A stretch of DNA of 62,590 bases, taken from assembly GCA_964645285.1 (NCBI GenBank), contig CAZYDR010000005.1, positions 1 through 62,590 of the forward strand. The letters are read 5' to 3'. Within the stretch, counting starts at the first letter, position 1. Every line of letters starts with the position of its first letter. The position numbers and the translations under genes were made by a program. The notes under the pieces are model-generated. The model was not told where the DNA came from. It saw only the letters and a list, made by a program, of their open reading frames with translations, and searched no databases. This DNA comes from an uncultured Alphaproteobacteria bacterium (lineage in GTDB: Bacteria; Pseudomonadota; Alphaproteobacteria; JAAXGF01). Positions 49,370 through 59,932 of the stretch are shown in pieces.

Positions 49370-50215
49370 TCAGAAAACCGAGTTCCAGACCCCGCCGATC
49401 CACGACTCCTCGCTCTTCTGGGGTCGCAGGTCGGCACCGGTCAACAGGACGTAAGAATCCCGATACCACGCGCTGCTCGGGAAGTTGTGACCAAGAACGG
49501 CGGCGGTGGCCTGGGCTTCGTCGATAACACCTAGGGCAAGATAGGATTCGGTCAGGCGGTGCAGGGATTCAGCCACGTGACTGGTGGTCTGGAACTGTTC
49601 GACGACATTGCGAAACCGGTTGATCGCCGCGATGTGCTCGCCTCGCTTTTGATAGTAGCGGCCGATCTCCATCTCTTTACCGGCCAGATGGTCACGGGTC
49701 AGGTCGATCTTGAGTTCAGCGTCCCGCGCGTAATCGGTTCCGGGAAAACGCCGGACAACAGCGTCGAGAGCGTCGAACGCGCGCAGGGTCATGGCCTGGT
49801 CGCGGCCGACATCGGAGATTTGCTCATAATAGGAAATCGCCACGATGTAGTAGGCGTAGTCCACATCCCGGTTACCGGGGTGAAGTTCGATGAAGCGCCG
49901 GGCCGCAAGGATCGCTTCGTCGTACTGGTTGGCCTGGTAATTGGAATAGGCCGCCATGATCTGGGCCTTGGTCGCCCATACCGCATAGGGATGCTGCCGC
50001 TCGACCTCGTCGAAGGCCACCGCCGCCGGTGCATACTGGCGCGACAGCATCAGGTTCATGGCCTGATTGTAGAGGTTCTCGACCGGCTGCTCAATATAGA
50101 TATCTTCCTTGGCGGTACAGGCGCCAAGCAACAGAACCAGCGCCACCGCCAGACCGGCAACCCGGCTACGACGGCGCTCTTCGAGCAGATCGCGTCCAAC
50201 CCCAAGACGACTCAC
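49370..50215 (-). CDS. bamD: Outer membrane protein assembly factor BamD (TPR lipoprotein)
   Basis: Lipobox LLLGAC, TPR-like repeats, YY..RGE..AA..R motif. Its position between lpxC and recN matches many Alphaproteobacteria. Confidence 0.85.
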   Translation of the reverse strand: MSRLGVGRDLLEERRRSRVAGLAVALVLLLGACTAKEDIYIEQPVENLYNQAMNLMLSRQYAPAAVAFDEVERQHPYAVWATKAQIMAAYSNYQANQYDEAILAARRFIELHPGNRDVDYAYYIVAISYYEQISDVGRDQAMTLRAFDALDAVVRRFPGTDYARDAELKIDLTRDHLAGKEMEIGRYYQKRGEHIAAINRFRNVVEQFQTTSHVAESLHRLTESYLALGVIDEAQATAAVLGHNFPSSAWYRDSYVLLTGADLRPQKSEESWIGGVWNSVF

Positions 50216-50286
50216 GGCAACTCCAAAACCGATTAATGACGCTGATTTCCTCTCTGATTATAGCATTTACCAAAGGCGGCGCACTA

Positions 50287-50340
50287 GAGCGTCTTCAGAC
50301 GATATGGAGCCATTTGACCGCATATTGTCTGAAGACGCTC
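50287..50340. repeat. Long inverted repeat (19-bp arms, one G-T pair, 16-nt spacer)
   Basis: GAGCGTCTTCAGACGATAT (50287-50305) / ATATTGTCTGAAGACGCTC (50322-50340), in the lpxC-bamD spacer. Confidence 0.85.
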
Positions 50341-50403
50341 AGATATCCGCTGCAGCAATTCGTTTTTGATTTGAGAGACGCGAGCCTGATCGGCGGCGAT
50401 ACT

Positions 50404-51330
50404 TTAAGCCGGTGCGGCGACCGAAGCAGCTTGCCAACGCATGGCGGCAGCCCCAGCGTGGGGCTTGTCATCAAGCGTCACCTGACGCCAGGCCTCGGGA
50501 TCAGCGAACAGGGCGGTCAGCAACTCGTTGTTGGTCTTGTGGCCCGAGCGGATGCAATCCACATGGCCGATGATCGGACCGCCGGCGAGATATAGATCAC
50601 CAACGCAGTCGAGCGCTTTGTGGCGGACGAACTCATCAGTGTAGCGCAGGCCACCGTCGTTGAGGATGCCGTCCTCGGACAACACCACCGCATTGTCGAG
50701 GGAACCGCCAAGCGCCAGGCCGTTGGCCCTGAGATGGTCGATGTCGGAGAGGAATCCGAAGGTCCGCGCCCGCGCCAACTCACGCTTGAAAGCGCCGTTG
50801 ACCAATTCCACGTAACACGCCTGCCCGACAATGGCCGGATGGGCGAAGTTGATCTCACAACTGATCGAGAACCCATCGGACGGCGACAACGACGCGAAGC
50901 GCTCGCCATCGGTCACTTCCACAGGCTTGAGAATTTCAATGGCCGTACGCGGCGCTGCCTGTTCGACGATACCGGCGCATTCGGCGAGAAATACGAAGGG
51001 CGCGGCGCTGCCGTCCATGATCGGCACTTCGACGCTGTCGAGTTCGACCACCAGATTATCGATTTCCAGGCCGGAAAGAGCGGCCATGAGATGTTCGACC
51101 GTGGCGACACCGACGCCATCGCCGTTTTTTAGGCTGGTCCCCATCATGGTGTCGCTGACGTAATCGTAGCGCGCGGCGATCTCGGCACCACCGCAATCGG
51201 CACGGCAGAATACGATGCCCGTGCCCGGTTCGGCCGGCAACAGAGTAATGGCCACACGGGTGCCACCGTGCAGGCCAACGCCCGTGCAACTGATAGCAGA
51301 TTTAAGTGTCTTTTGCCAGATGACGCCCAA
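50404..51330 (-). CDS. lpxC: UDP-3-O-acyl-N-acetylglucosamine deacetylase
   Basis: ..QKTLKSAISCTGVGLHGG..., HxxxD-type motifs (FVRHKALDCVGDL). The only in-frame start after the upstream stop is TTG 51330. Confidence 0.9.
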   Translation of the reverse strand: MGVIWQKTLKSAISCTGVGLHGGTRVAITLLPAEPGTGIVFCRADCGGAEIAARYDYVSDTMMGTSLKNGDGVGVATVEHLMAALSGLEIDNLVVELDSVEVPIMDGSAAPFVFLAECAGIVEQAAPRTAIEILKPVEVTDGERFASLSPSDGFSISCEINFAHPAIVGQACYVELVNGAFKRELARARTFGFLSDIDHLRANGLALGGSLDNAVVLSEDGILNDGGLRYTDEFVRHKALDCVGDLYLAGGPIIGHVDCIRSGHKTNNELLTALFADPEAWRQVTLDDKPHAGAAAMRWQAASVAAPA

Positions 51331-51455
51331 GGCTATATGCGCATCCGCCCCCTGTTAAAACCGCCCACCGGGATATCCCTCTCAGTAGGTCGCCACCACT
51401 TTAAACCGTGATCCTCTCGGATCGCTACGACACACCTCAGAACCAACAACGTTAA

Positions 51456-51507
51456 CCAAAAAAGAGTGCTTCGAGAGAACTTACTAACAAGTTTTCCCGA
51501 AGCACTC
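51456..51507 (-). terminator. Rho-independent terminator downstream of ftsZ
   Basis: 10-bp perfect stem GAGTGCTTCG / CGAAGCACTC (51464-51473 / 51498-51507), extendable with mismatches, followed on the minus strand by TTTTTTGG (51463-51456). It lies 55 nt after the ftsZ stop. Confidence 0.7.
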
Positions 51508-51561
51508 AAATCACGTTTTGTGACAGAATGTTAACTGTGAGTCTGGAGGTCTCACAACGAC

Positions 51562-53283
51562 TTAGTTCGTCTGCCGGCGAAGGAACGCGGGGATGTCGAG
51601 AACGTCTTCCTCGACCGCTGCCGACGTCGGTTTAAGCGCCACCGCGACCGGTTCCGGGGTCACAGTTTCCAGGGTCGGCTCGGCCCGCATTACGGGTTCC
51701 ACCCGTGGCGCCGGTTTTGCCGCGGCCTCGGACGCCGCCGCCATTGCCGGTTCCGCCGTTAGCGCCGGTTCGGCTTGACGCGCCGATTCGGTCTGGCGTG
51801 CCGGTTCGGTTTGGCGTGAACGACCGGTCCCGATCATCCGTTCGAACAGGCTCGGCCCCTTTCGGGCCCGTCCCGGCGCCGTCGCCGGATCATTGCTTAT
51901 GGCCGCCTCGGCGAAGGGATCAGGCGTGCTCGTCAGAGCCGACTTCGGCCCCGCCACCACTGGCGGCTTGGGAATGAAGCTCTGACCGGCGGCCGGTCCG
52001 GCACTGGCTGTCTCAAGCACCGGTTCCGGCTCGGGCATGACGATTGCCGTCGCGGCGGCAAGGTCACGCACCAGTTCATCGACCGGCGGCACCACCGGCG
52101 CCTCATCGACAATGACCGGCTCGGGCTCGACCATGGCCTCCACGGCCGGGGCTTCGGTGGTCTCGGCAACAGCCACGGCCTCGTCAACAGACTCGGGCGC
52201 GGGTTCGGCTTCGAGGGCGGTGTCCTCGGTCTCTTCCGCCTTGGCTTGCGGCATGGTAATTGCCGGCATACCCGACCGTTCCGCCACGGCGACAACCGGA
52301 CGGGGACGAGCCTCGCCATTGGCTTCGATTCCCGTGGAGACCACGGAGACCCGCATGCAGCCGTCGAGGGCCTCGTCGAAGGTCGAGCCGAAGATGATGT
52401 TGGCCTCGGGATCAACCTCGTCGCGGATACGATTGGCCGCTTCATCGACCTCGAACAGGGTCATGTCGTAGCCGCCGGTGATGTTGATGAGGACGCCGCG
52501 TGCGCCTTCCATGGAAACATCGTCGAGCAGCGGGTTGGAAATCGCTGCTTCGGCGGCAATCACCGCGCGGTTCTCGCCGTCGGCCTCGCCAGTGCCCATC
52601 ATCGCCTTGCCCATCTCGGCCATGACCGAACGCACATCGGCGAAATCGAGATTGATAAGACCAGGCATGACCATCAGATCGGTGACCCCGCGAACACCCG
52701 AGTAGAGCACATCGTCGGCCATCTTGAAGGCATCGGCGAAGGTGGTCTTCTCGTTGGCCACGCGGAACAGATTCTGATTGGGAATGATAATCAGGGTATC
52801 GACGTATTGCTGTAGTTCCGCCAGACCCTCCTCGGCGAGGCGCATGCGGTGCACGCCCTCGAACTGGAACGGCTTGGTTACCACGCCGACAGTCAGCACA
52901 CCTTGCTCACGCGCCGCTCGGGCGACCACCGGCGCGCCGCCGGTTCCCGTGCCACCGCCCATGCCGGCGGTGATGAACACCATGTTGCTGCCGTCGAGGT
53001 TCTCGAGAATCTCGTCGATCGCCTCCTCGGCGGCGGCCCGGCCGACATCGGGCTGCGACCCGGCGCCCAGACCCTGGGTGATGTTGACCCCGAGTTGGAT
53101 TCGCCGTTCCGACAAAGATTGCGCCAACGCCTGGGCGTCAGTGTTGGCAACCACGAACTCGACCCCTTCGAGGTGCGAGGTGATCATATTGTTTACGGCA
53201 TTTCCGCCGGCGCCCCCGACGCCAACGACCGTAATGCGCGGCTTCAACTGATGCGTTGCCGGCATGCTTAGGTTAATCGTCAT
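51562..53283 (-). CDS. ftsZ: Cell division protein FtsZ (long C-terminal linker)
   Basis: ATG 53283 lies after [40 protein letters not shown], and the conserved C-terminal peptide [12 protein letters not shown]. Confidence 0.95.
   Translation of the reverse strand: MTINLSMPATHQLKPRITVVGVGGAGGNAVNNMITSHLEGVEFVVANTDAQALAQSLSERRIQLGVNITQGLGAGSQPDVGRAAAEEAIDEILENLDGSNMVFITAGMGGGTGTGGAPVVARAAREQGVLTVGVVTKPFQFEGVHRMRLAEEGLAELQQYVDTLIIIPNQNLFRVANEKTTFADAFKMADDVLYSGVRGVTDLMVMPGLINLDFADVRSVMAEMGKAMMGTGEADGENRAVIAAEAAISNPLLDDVSMEGARGVLINITGGYDMTLFEVDEAANRIRDEVDPEANIIFGSTFDEALDGCMRVSVVSTGIEANGEARPRPVVAVAERSGMPAITMPQAKAEETEDTALEAEPAPESVDEAVAVAETTEAPAVEAMVEPEPVIVDEAPVVPPVDELVRDLAAATAIVMPEPEPVLETASAGPAAGQSFIPKPPVVAGPKSALTSTPDPFAEAAISNDPATAPGRARKGPSLFERMIGTGRSRQTEPARQTESARQAEPALTAEPAMAAASEAAAKPAPRVEPVMRAEPTLETVTPEPVAVALKPTSAAVEEDVLDIPAFLRRQTN
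51766..51819. repeat. Imperfect 18-nt x3 tandem repeat inside the ftsZ linker
   Basis: CGGTTCGGCTTGACGCGC / CGATTCGGTCTGGCGTGC / CGGTTCGGTTTGGCGTGA, encoding the hexapeptide repeats [18 protein letters not shown] on the minus strand. Confidence 0.75.
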
Positions 53284-53375
53284 ATTCGCCTCCAGAGTAC
53301 AGTTGATGTCGGGGGCGTTGACCAAAGCCAACGCTTATGCGCACCCCAGCGCCCCGTCGCCGGATTACTCTTGCG

Positions 53376-54632
53376 CTAAAAATGTTCACGAAACCAATGA
53401 CTGACGCGACCTAAACGGCCCCCAGCCCCCTGGTAAATTCGCGCCGAAATTTCCGGCAGTTCGAGTCGCTGACCGACCGCGGAATGGAGCAGCCCGGCGC
53501 AGGTCGAGAACGCCGGCCCGCCGGTCGCCTCGGCCAATCCTTGTATGTCGCGCGGCCGGCCCAGGCGGACCGAACGCCCAAATATCTGGGCCGCCACCTC
53601 GCGCATGCCCGAAAGCTGGCTCGAGCCACCGGTCAGCACCATGCGGCGCCCAGCCGTCTCGGCGAAGCCGCTGGCCTCGAGCCGAGCGCGCACCACTTCG
53701 AAGATTTCCTCGACCCGGGGCCGGATAATGCGATTGAGCTGGGAGCGCGGTACCGGATTGGAACCGGCATCGTCGCCTTCGCCAATGAGCCGCATATCAA
53801 TGGTCTCGCGGTCATCGGCCGGGCTCGGCACGGCGCTGCCGTAGAGCACCTTCATGCGCTCGGCGAAATCGATGGGTGTCGACAGGCCACGGGCGATGTC
53901 GTTGGTGATGTGGTTGCCGCCAATCGGCACCACGTCGGTATGGATGACGTCGTCTTCCAGGAATACCGCGACGCTGGTGGTGCCGCCGCCGATGTCGAGC
54001 AGGGTGACTCCCAACTGGCGTTCATCGTCGTCGAGGCAGGAAAGCCCCGAGGCATAGGACTCCACCACCGTGTCGGCGACGTCGAGGTGACAGCGCAAAA
54101 TGCAAGTGGCGAGATTGCGCATGGGCCCGTGCTGGGCGGTGACCACGTGAATATTGACGCCGAGACTGTCACCGTACATGCCGCGTGGGTCGCGGATACC
54201 GCGGCTGCCGTCGATGGTATAGCCGGCCGGAATGGTATGGACGATAGTGCGTTCTTCGTCACTGCCGTTGCACCGCAGGCGGCCTTCATTGAGCACCCGG
54301 CGCAGGTCGTTGTCGCCGATTTCGTGGCCGTTGAGGGCGACCTCAACCGCCACCGAACGCGACGCTGGGGCGCCCGCCGAGAAACTGACTATAACCTCGC
54401 GGATGGTTTCGTCGGCCATCTGCTCCGCATGGTGCACAGCGCCGAGGACGGAATCCTGGGCCGCCTCCATATCGATGATGGTACCGGCCCGCAAGCCCCG
54501 CGACAGATGATGGCCGATGCCGGTGACACGCAGACCGTCGTCGCCCTCGTGGGCGATGAAACAGCACACCTTGGACGTGCCCACATCAAGCGCGGCAATC
54601 AATCCGTTGCGTGTCTTACTCTTCTTGCTCAC
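53376..54632 (-). CDS. ftsA: Cell division protein FtsA
   Basis: 418 aa. LDVGTSKVCCFIA, actin-like ATPase motifs (LLDIGGGTTSVAVF, VLTGGSSQLSGM). Confidence 0.93.
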   Translation of the reverse strand: MSKKSKTRNGLIAALDVGTSKVCCFIAHEGDDGLRVTGIGHHLSRGLRAGTIIDMEAAQDSVLGAVHHAEQMADETIREVIVSFSAGAPASRSVAVEVALNGHEIGDNDLRRVLNEGRLRCNGSDEERTIVHTIPAGYTIDGSRGIRDPRGMYGDSLGVNIHVVTAQHGPMRNLATCILRCHLDVADTVVESYASGLSCLDDDERQLGVTLLDIGGGTTSVAVFLEDDVIHTDVVPIGGNHITNDIARGLSTPIDFAERMKVLYGSAVPSPADDRETIDMRLIGEGDDAGSNPVPRSQLNRIIRPRVEEIFEVVRARLEASGFAETAGRRMVLTGGSSQLSGMREVAAQIFGRSVRLGRPRDIQGLAEATGGPAFSTCAGLLHSAVGQRLELPEISARIYQGAGGRLGRVSHWFREHF

Positions 54633-54662
54633 TGACCCCTCATCCCCTTGTCTTCACGTATT

Positions 54663-55508
54663 CTAGCCGCCGATGCCCAAGGCATCGACGACACCTGACG
54701 GGCGCACCACCACGCGGTCCGGCAGGCGTAAATCAATGGCCGTGATGTCACGGCCGAGTAGCTGATGACGGCGCTCAAAAGCAGCCAGCCGGCGCCACGC
54801 TTCGGCCAGGCCGGTCTCGGGCATGGCGACATCGACGCCGTTGTCGAAACGCAGGTACCAGCGTCGGCCGCCGACCCGTACCGCGGCTTCGACCCGGGCG
54901 CTCAAACCGGGCTCGACCGCCAGCACCGCAAGCAGCCGCGCCGCATGATCGGGGGCGTCATCGCCGACGATGACCGGCAGCGTGGCAAAATCGCCGGGCC
55001 GGGCGCCGTCAATCACCTCGCCGTCGCGGTCGACCACCACCAGGCGACCGTCGCGCTGCCACAAGGCCAACGGCAGGCGCTCAGCCAGGCGCACGAAGAC
55101 CGTATCGGGGAAGCGCCGCTCGATAGTCGCCTCGCGGACCCAGCCCAGGCCCTCGATTCGCAGGCGCGCGGCACCGGCGTCGTAGGCCAGCAGCGGCATT
55201 CCCAGAGTGACTCCGACGGCGTCAATGAGGTCGCCGCGCGCGGTCTCACCGCGCCCGGCCACATAGACTTCTTCGACCACCAGGCCCGTCGCCCCCGAGG
55301 CGTCGATCATGGCGCTCCGCAAGGTGCCCAACAGCCCGGCCGCATAGCCAGACTGCCAAGACCAGACAGCGCCGCCGGTGATTCCGGCCACGACCAGCAC
55401 CGCCGCGCCGTAAATCATGGCCGGTCGCAGACGGCTCGACGACGGCCGCCGCCGCGTCGGGGTTTTGCGGTTGGAAAGCTTGCGCAAACGGTTGATCAAG
55501 CGTCGCAT
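54663..55508 (-). CDS. ftsQ: Cell division protein FtsQ
   Basis: Basic N-terminus, a single TM segment (IYGAAVLVVAGITGGAVW), POTRA-like region. It lies between ddl and ftsA. Confidence 0.85.
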   Translation of the reverse strand: MRRLINRLRKLSNRKTPTRRRPSSSRLRPAMIYGAAVLVVAGITGGAVWSWQSGYAAGLLGTLRSAMIDASGATGLVVEEVYVAGRGETARGDLIDAVGVTLGMPLLAYDAGAARLRIEGLGWVREATIERRFPDTVFVRLAERLPLALWQRDGRLVVVDRDGEVIDGARPGDFATLPVIVGDDAPDHAARLLAVLAVEPGLSARVEAAVRVGGRRWYLRFDNGVDVAMPETGLAEAWRRLAAFERRHQLLGRDITAIDLRLPDRVVVRPSGVVDALGIGG

Positions 55509-56416
55509 CGCGCGTTCTCCACCATCCAGCTGACCAGAGCACCGAAATCGATGCCCACATGAGCGGCCTGCTCGGGCACCAGGGACAATGGCGTCAGGCC
55601 CGGCTGGGTATTGATCTCGAGCAAATAGAGCTTGCCCGGCTCGCCCTCAGTATCGTCGTAGCGGAAATCGGCCCGACTTACACCGCGGCAACCCAGCGCC
55701 CGGTGGGCGGCCAGAGCCGCGTCCTTGGCCTGGCTGCTCACCGCTTCGGGCAGGGGCGCCGGGCACAGGTGGGTGGTCTTGCCGTCGGTGTATTTGGCCT
55801 CGTAATCGTAGAACCCCTCATGGGGCTGCAGTTCGGTCACCGCCAGGGAACGGCCGCCCATGACCGCTACGGTCAATTCGCGGCCGGGAATGAAACGTTC
55901 GACTAGGACCTCGTCACCGAACTGCCAGGCTTCCCGGTGAAGGCCGGGGTAGTTGTCGCCATCCATGACGATGTGAACACCGACGCTGGAACCTTCGCTG
56001 ACCGGCTTGACCACGAAGGGCGGGTCCATGGCGCGGCCGGCAAGGGAGGTTTCGATATCGACCACCAGGCCCTTGGGGCAGGTAATGCCGGCGGCGGCGA
56101 ACAGGCGCTTGGCCAGAACCTTGTCCATGGCCATGGCCGAGGCCAACAGGCCGGAATGGGTGTAAGGCAGGCCGAGAATATTCATGACCCCCTGGACGTT
56201 GCCGTCCTCGCCCCAGCGGCCGTGGAGTGCGTTGAACACCACATCCGGGCGCGGATCGAGGGCCGACAGGGTGGCGGCGAGATCGCGGTCGGCATCGATG
56301 GTGCTGACCGCGTAGCCGCGTTCATCCAACGCTTTGACAACGTCGGCGCCGGTCATCAGGGAGACCTCGCGCTCGGCCGACCAGCCGCCCATCAAGACCG
56401 CCACATGCTTGCTCAT
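55496..56416 (-). CDS. ddl: D-alanine--D-alanine ligase
   Basis: 306 aa. VAVLMGGWSAEREVSL, HGRWGEDG..QG, VKP..EGSSVGV, EINTQPGLT. Confidence 0.93.
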   Translation of the reverse strand: MSKHVAVLMGGWSAEREVSLMTGADVVKALDERGYAVSTIDADRDLAATLSALDPRPDVVFNALHGRWGEDGNVQGVMNILGLPYTHSGLLASAMAMDKVLAKRLFAAAGITCPKGLVVDIETSLAGRAMDPPFVVKPVSEGSSVGVHIVMDGDNYPGLHREAWQFGDEVLVERFIPGRELTVAVMGGRSLAVTELQPHEGFYDYEAKYTDGKTTHLCPAPLPEAVSSQAKDAALAAHRALGCRGVSRADFRYDDTEGEPGKLYLLEINTQPGLTPLSLVPEQAAHVGIDFGALVSWMVENARCDA

Positions 56417-57372
56417 GGTGCGGCCTCCCCGAGCTTACGTTCGTGGAGTCCCTTGGCGTGACGGCCAATGCGGCGAATTTCCCATTCGAGAGTAACCTCG
56501 GTGGTCTCGGCAACCCGGCGGCGGACTTCCTCGCCCAGGGCTTCGAGATCGGCGGCGGTGGCCATGCCGGTGTTGATGAGGAAGTTGCAGTGCTTTTCGG
56601 ACACCATGGCGCCGCCGCGCTTGAGACCACGGCATCCGGCTTTGTCGATAAGCTCCCAGGCGCTGTCACCGGGCGGATTGCGGAAGGTGCTGCCGCCGGT
56701 GCGCACCCGCATGGGCTGGGAAGCCTCACGCTCGGCCGCGATCTCGGCCATGCGCCCGGCGATGGCGTGCTTGTCGCCGGTCGCGCCTTCAAGCGTCGCC
56801 GATGAAAAAATCCAGCCCTCGGGGATCGCCGAGTGGCGATAGGAAAAGCCGAGATCGTCCTGGCTAAGTTCGTGCTCAATACCCGCCGGATCGAAGGCCC
56901 GGGCGCTGGTGACTACGGCCGCCATTTCGCTGCCGAAGGCGCCAGCGTTCATACGTAAATTGCCACCGATGGTGCCCGGCACGCCGCTGAGAAACTCAAG
57001 CCCGGCGACGCCCGCCTCGCCGGCGGTGCGGGCTACCGTGTAGTCGAGAGCCATGGCGCCGGCTATGACACGCGTGCCATCGACGTTAACTTTGGCGAAG
57101 GCGCGGCCAAGGCGAATGACCACGCCGTCGATACCGCCATCACGGACCAGCAGGTTCGAGCCGATGCCGATAACCGTGACCGGCACATCGGCGGGCTTGG
57201 CGGCGAGAAAGGCCGCCAGATCGGCACCGTCGGCCGGACGGTACAGCACCTCGGCCGGGCCGCCGACGCGGAACCAGGTAACCCGGTGGAGCGGCACGTT
57301 CTCGGTGTAGCTACCGCGTACCTCGGACAGGCGTGCTATCAATCCTCCGTCCATGCGGTCCGCCGCCATCAT
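56413..57372 (-). CDS. murB: UDP-N-acetylenolpyruvoylglucosamine reductase
   Basis: 319 aa. [41 protein letters not shown]. Confidence 0.92.
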   Translation of the reverse strand: MMAADRMDGGLIARLSEVRGSYTENVPLHRVTWFRVGGPAEVLYRPADGADLAAFLAAKPADVPVTVIGIGSNLLVRDGGIDGVVIRLGRAFAKVNVDGTRVIAGAMALDYTVARTAGEAGVAGLEFLSGVPGTIGGNLRMNAGAFGSEMAAVVTSARAFDPAGIEHELSQDDLGFSYRHSAIPEGWIFSSATLEGATGDKHAIAGRMAEIAAEREASQPMRVRTGGSTFRNPPGDSAWELIDKAGCRGLKRGGAMVSEKHCNFLINTGMATAADLEALGEEVRRRVAETTEVTLEWEIRRIGRHAKGLHERKLGEAAP

Positions 57373-58802
57373 GCGCCGGCCCCCTGTTTCCGGGTCGCCA
57401 ACAGCGCCTCCAGTTCACCGGGCAAGGCGTGGGCCCAGGCGGTGACCGTGCCGGCGCCGAGGCAGATCACCACGTCCTTGGGCTCGGCCAGGTCAGCGAT
57501 CATGGCGGCCAGGTTCTCGGGTGCGTCCAGGGTTTCAACATGGCGGTGACCGCGGACGCGCAGGCCGTCGGCCAGGCTGTCCCGGTCGATGCCGTCGATG
57601 GGTGCCTCGCCGGCAGCATAAACATCGGCAACGACCACCATGTCGGCGTCGTTGAAGCAGCCGCAGAATTCCTCGAACAGGTCGCGCAACCGGCTGTAGC
57701 GATGGGGCTGGACCACGGCGATGATGCGCCCACCATAGACCCCGCACGCCGCGTCCAGGACGGCGGCGATCTCGACCGGATGATGGCCGTAGTCGTCGAT
57801 CACCGTAATGCCGCCAGCTTCGCCGGTGCGGGTAAAGCGCCGCTTGACCCCTTCGAACCCGGCCAGGACACGCCACACCACGCCCTCGTCGATGCCCATT
57901 TCGCCGGCCAGAGCCACTGCCGCCAGGGCGTTGAGCACGTTGTGGCGGCCGAGCATGGGCAGCTCGAAATTCTTGATAACACGCTCGCTGCCGGCGGCGC
58001 GGTCGGCGACCACCACGCCGAAGCGCATACCGCTGGGCGATGAATCCACGTCGATGGCCCGGAAGTCGGCCTGGGGGCTGTAGCCGTAGGTGATGATGCG
58101 GCGGTCCGATACCCGGCCAATCAGCGCCTGAACTTCCGGGTGATCGACGCAGAGCACAGCAAAGCCATAGAACGGAATGTTCTCGACGAACTGCTCGAAG
58201 GCGGCGCGTAGGGCGTCGAACGAGCCATAGTGATCGAGATGCTCGGGATCGATATTGGTGACCACGGCAATGGTCGCCGGCAGCTTGACGAAACTGCCGT
58301 CGGATTCGTCTGACTCCACAACCATCCAGTCGCCGCCACCAAGATGAGCGTTGGTGCCATAGGCGTTGATAATGCCACCGTTGATGACGGTCGGATCGTA
58401 GCGCGCGGCATCGAGCACCGCGGCGATCATCGAGGTGGTCGTCGTCTTGCCATGGGTACCGCCGACCGCCACGGACCACTTGAGGCGCATCAGTTCGCCA
58501 AGCATCTCGGAACGTCCGACCACCGGCACGAAGCGCGCCCGCGCCGCCGCCACCTCGGGATTGCCGGGTTTGACCGCCGAGGACACGATAGCCACCTGGG
58601 CCTCGCCAAGGTTGGCCTCGTCGTGACCGATGTGAACGGTGATGCCGAGGCCCCGCAGGCGCGTCACGTTGGCGTTCTCCGCCAGGTCGCTGCCCTGCAC
58701 CGTATAACCCAAATTGTGCAACACCTCGGCGATGCCGCTCATACCGATGCCGCCAATACCGACGAAGTGGATGAGGCCGATATCAAGAGGCATTTCCCTC
58801 AT
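57369..58802 (-). CDS. murC: UDP-N-acetylmuramate--L-alanine ligase
   Basis: 477 aa. [36 protein letters not shown]. Confidence 0.95.
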   Translation of the reverse strand: MREMPLDIGLIHFVGIGGIGMSGIAEVLHNLGYTVQGSDLAENANVTRLRGLGITVHIGHDEANLGEAQVAIVSSAVKPGNPEVAAARARFVPVVGRSEMLGELMRLKWSVAVGGTHGKTTTTSMIAAVLDAARYDPTVINGGIINAYGTNAHLGGGDWMVVESDESDGSFVKLPATIAVVTNIDPEHLDHYGSFDALRAAFEQFVENIPFYGFAVLCVDHPEVQALIGRVSDRRIITYGYSPQADFRAIDVDSSPSGMRFGVVVADRAAGSERVIKNFELPMLGRHNVLNALAAVALAGEMGIDEGVVWRVLAGFEGVKRRFTRTGEAGGITVIDDYGHHPVEIAAVLDAACGVYGGRIIAVVQPHRYSRLRDLFEEFCGCFNDADMVVVADVYAAGEAPIDGIDRDSLADGLRVRGHRHVETLDAPENLAAMIADLAEPKDVVICLGAGTVTAWAHALPGELEALLATRKQGAGA

Positions 58803-59932
58803 GCCGCCATCTCCCCGGCATGACGCCGGTTACCGTTGGCCGGTATGCAACGCTCAACCAGATCAGCCAAGCGGCTCGCCGCCTCCGGCGTGCCCGCAGC
58901 CTTGGCGCAGGCTGCCGCCTTGGCCAGCCGGCCCGGCTCGGCGATGAGTTCAGCGATACGCGCGGCCAGGGCTTCGGGCGTGAAATCGACCTGGTCCATG
59001 ATCCAGCCGGCGCCCACCGCTTCGATGGTGCGGGCATTGGCACTCTGATGGTCGTCGGTGGCGCTGGGCAGGGGCACCAGAATGGCCGGCCGTCCGGCGA
59101 CGGTGAGCTCCGTCACCGTCGATGCGCCAGCGCGGGCGATGACAAGCTGGGCGGCGCCGAGGCGGTCCGGCAGGTCATCGAAAAACGCCGCCAATTCGGC
59201 CTCGATGCCGGCCGCATCATAGTGAGCGCGAGCGCTCTCCATATCCTCGGGCCGGCATTGTTGGACAACGTGCAAAGGATGGCGCGACGGTAATCCGGAG
59301 AGGGAGGACAAAGCTCCGGGGACCACTTGGGTCATTACCGCCGCGCCCTGGCTGCCGCCAGTAATCAGAATTGAGAGGGCCTCGCCCGGCTCGGGTGCTC
59401 GATAGGGTGTTTCGCCGATGGCCGCGACTTCGCTTCGCACCGGATTGCCGATGTGCTTGGCGCGGGCCTGATCGGCGGGCGCAATCCGGCTTGTCTCGAC
59501 GAACGAGGTAGCAATGGCGCTAGCCCGGGGCGCCAGTAACCGGTTGGCCCGGCCGAGCACCGCGTTCTGTTCATGAATAACCGTCGGCACACCGAGATGG
59601 GCCGCCGCTAGCACCGCCGGTACCGAGGCGTAGCCGCCGAAACCAACCACCCCCGAGGGCTTCAATCGCGCCAAAAGGCGACGCGCCTGGTAAACCCCCA
59701 GGGCGACATTGGCGAGACCGCCCAAGCGGTCGAGCAGGCCGCGCCCGGTCACCGCCGCGGCGCGCACCGTATGGACCGCCACATCACCCAGGGACTCACC
59801 GAAGCCGGCGCCGCGATGGTCGGTGACCAGCGCCAGGGTCCGCCCGCGCGACGCCAATTCGGCGGCCAGGGCCCGGGCCGGGAACAGATGGCCGCCAGTC
59901 CCGCCAGCGGCAAGCACGACGAGACCGCTCAC
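58799..59932 (-). CDS. murG: UDP-N-acetylglucosamine--N-acetylmuramyl-(pentapeptide) pyrophosphoryl-undecaprenol GlcNAc transferase
   Basis: GTG 59932 overlaps the ftsW stop (GTGA). [38 protein letters not shown]. The longer ORF to 60214 overlaps ftsW. Confidence 0.92.
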   Translation of the reverse strand: MSGLVVLAAGGTGGHLFPARALAAELASRGRTLALVTDHRGAGFGESLGDVAVHTVRAAAVTGRGLLDRLGGLANVALGVYQARRLLARLKPSGVVGFGGYASVPAVLAAAHLGVPTVIHEQNAVLGRANRLLAPRASAIATSFVETSRIAPADQARAKHIGNPVRSEVAAIGETPYRAPEPGEALSILITGGSQGAAVMTQVVPGALSSLSGLPSRHPLHVVQQCRPEDMESARAHYDAAGIEAELAAFFDDLPDRLGAAQLVIARAGASTVTELTVAGRPAILVPLPSATDDHQSANARTIEAVGAGWIMDQVDFTPEALAARIAELIAEPGRLAKAAACAKAAGTPEAASRLADLVERCIPANGNRRHAGEMAA

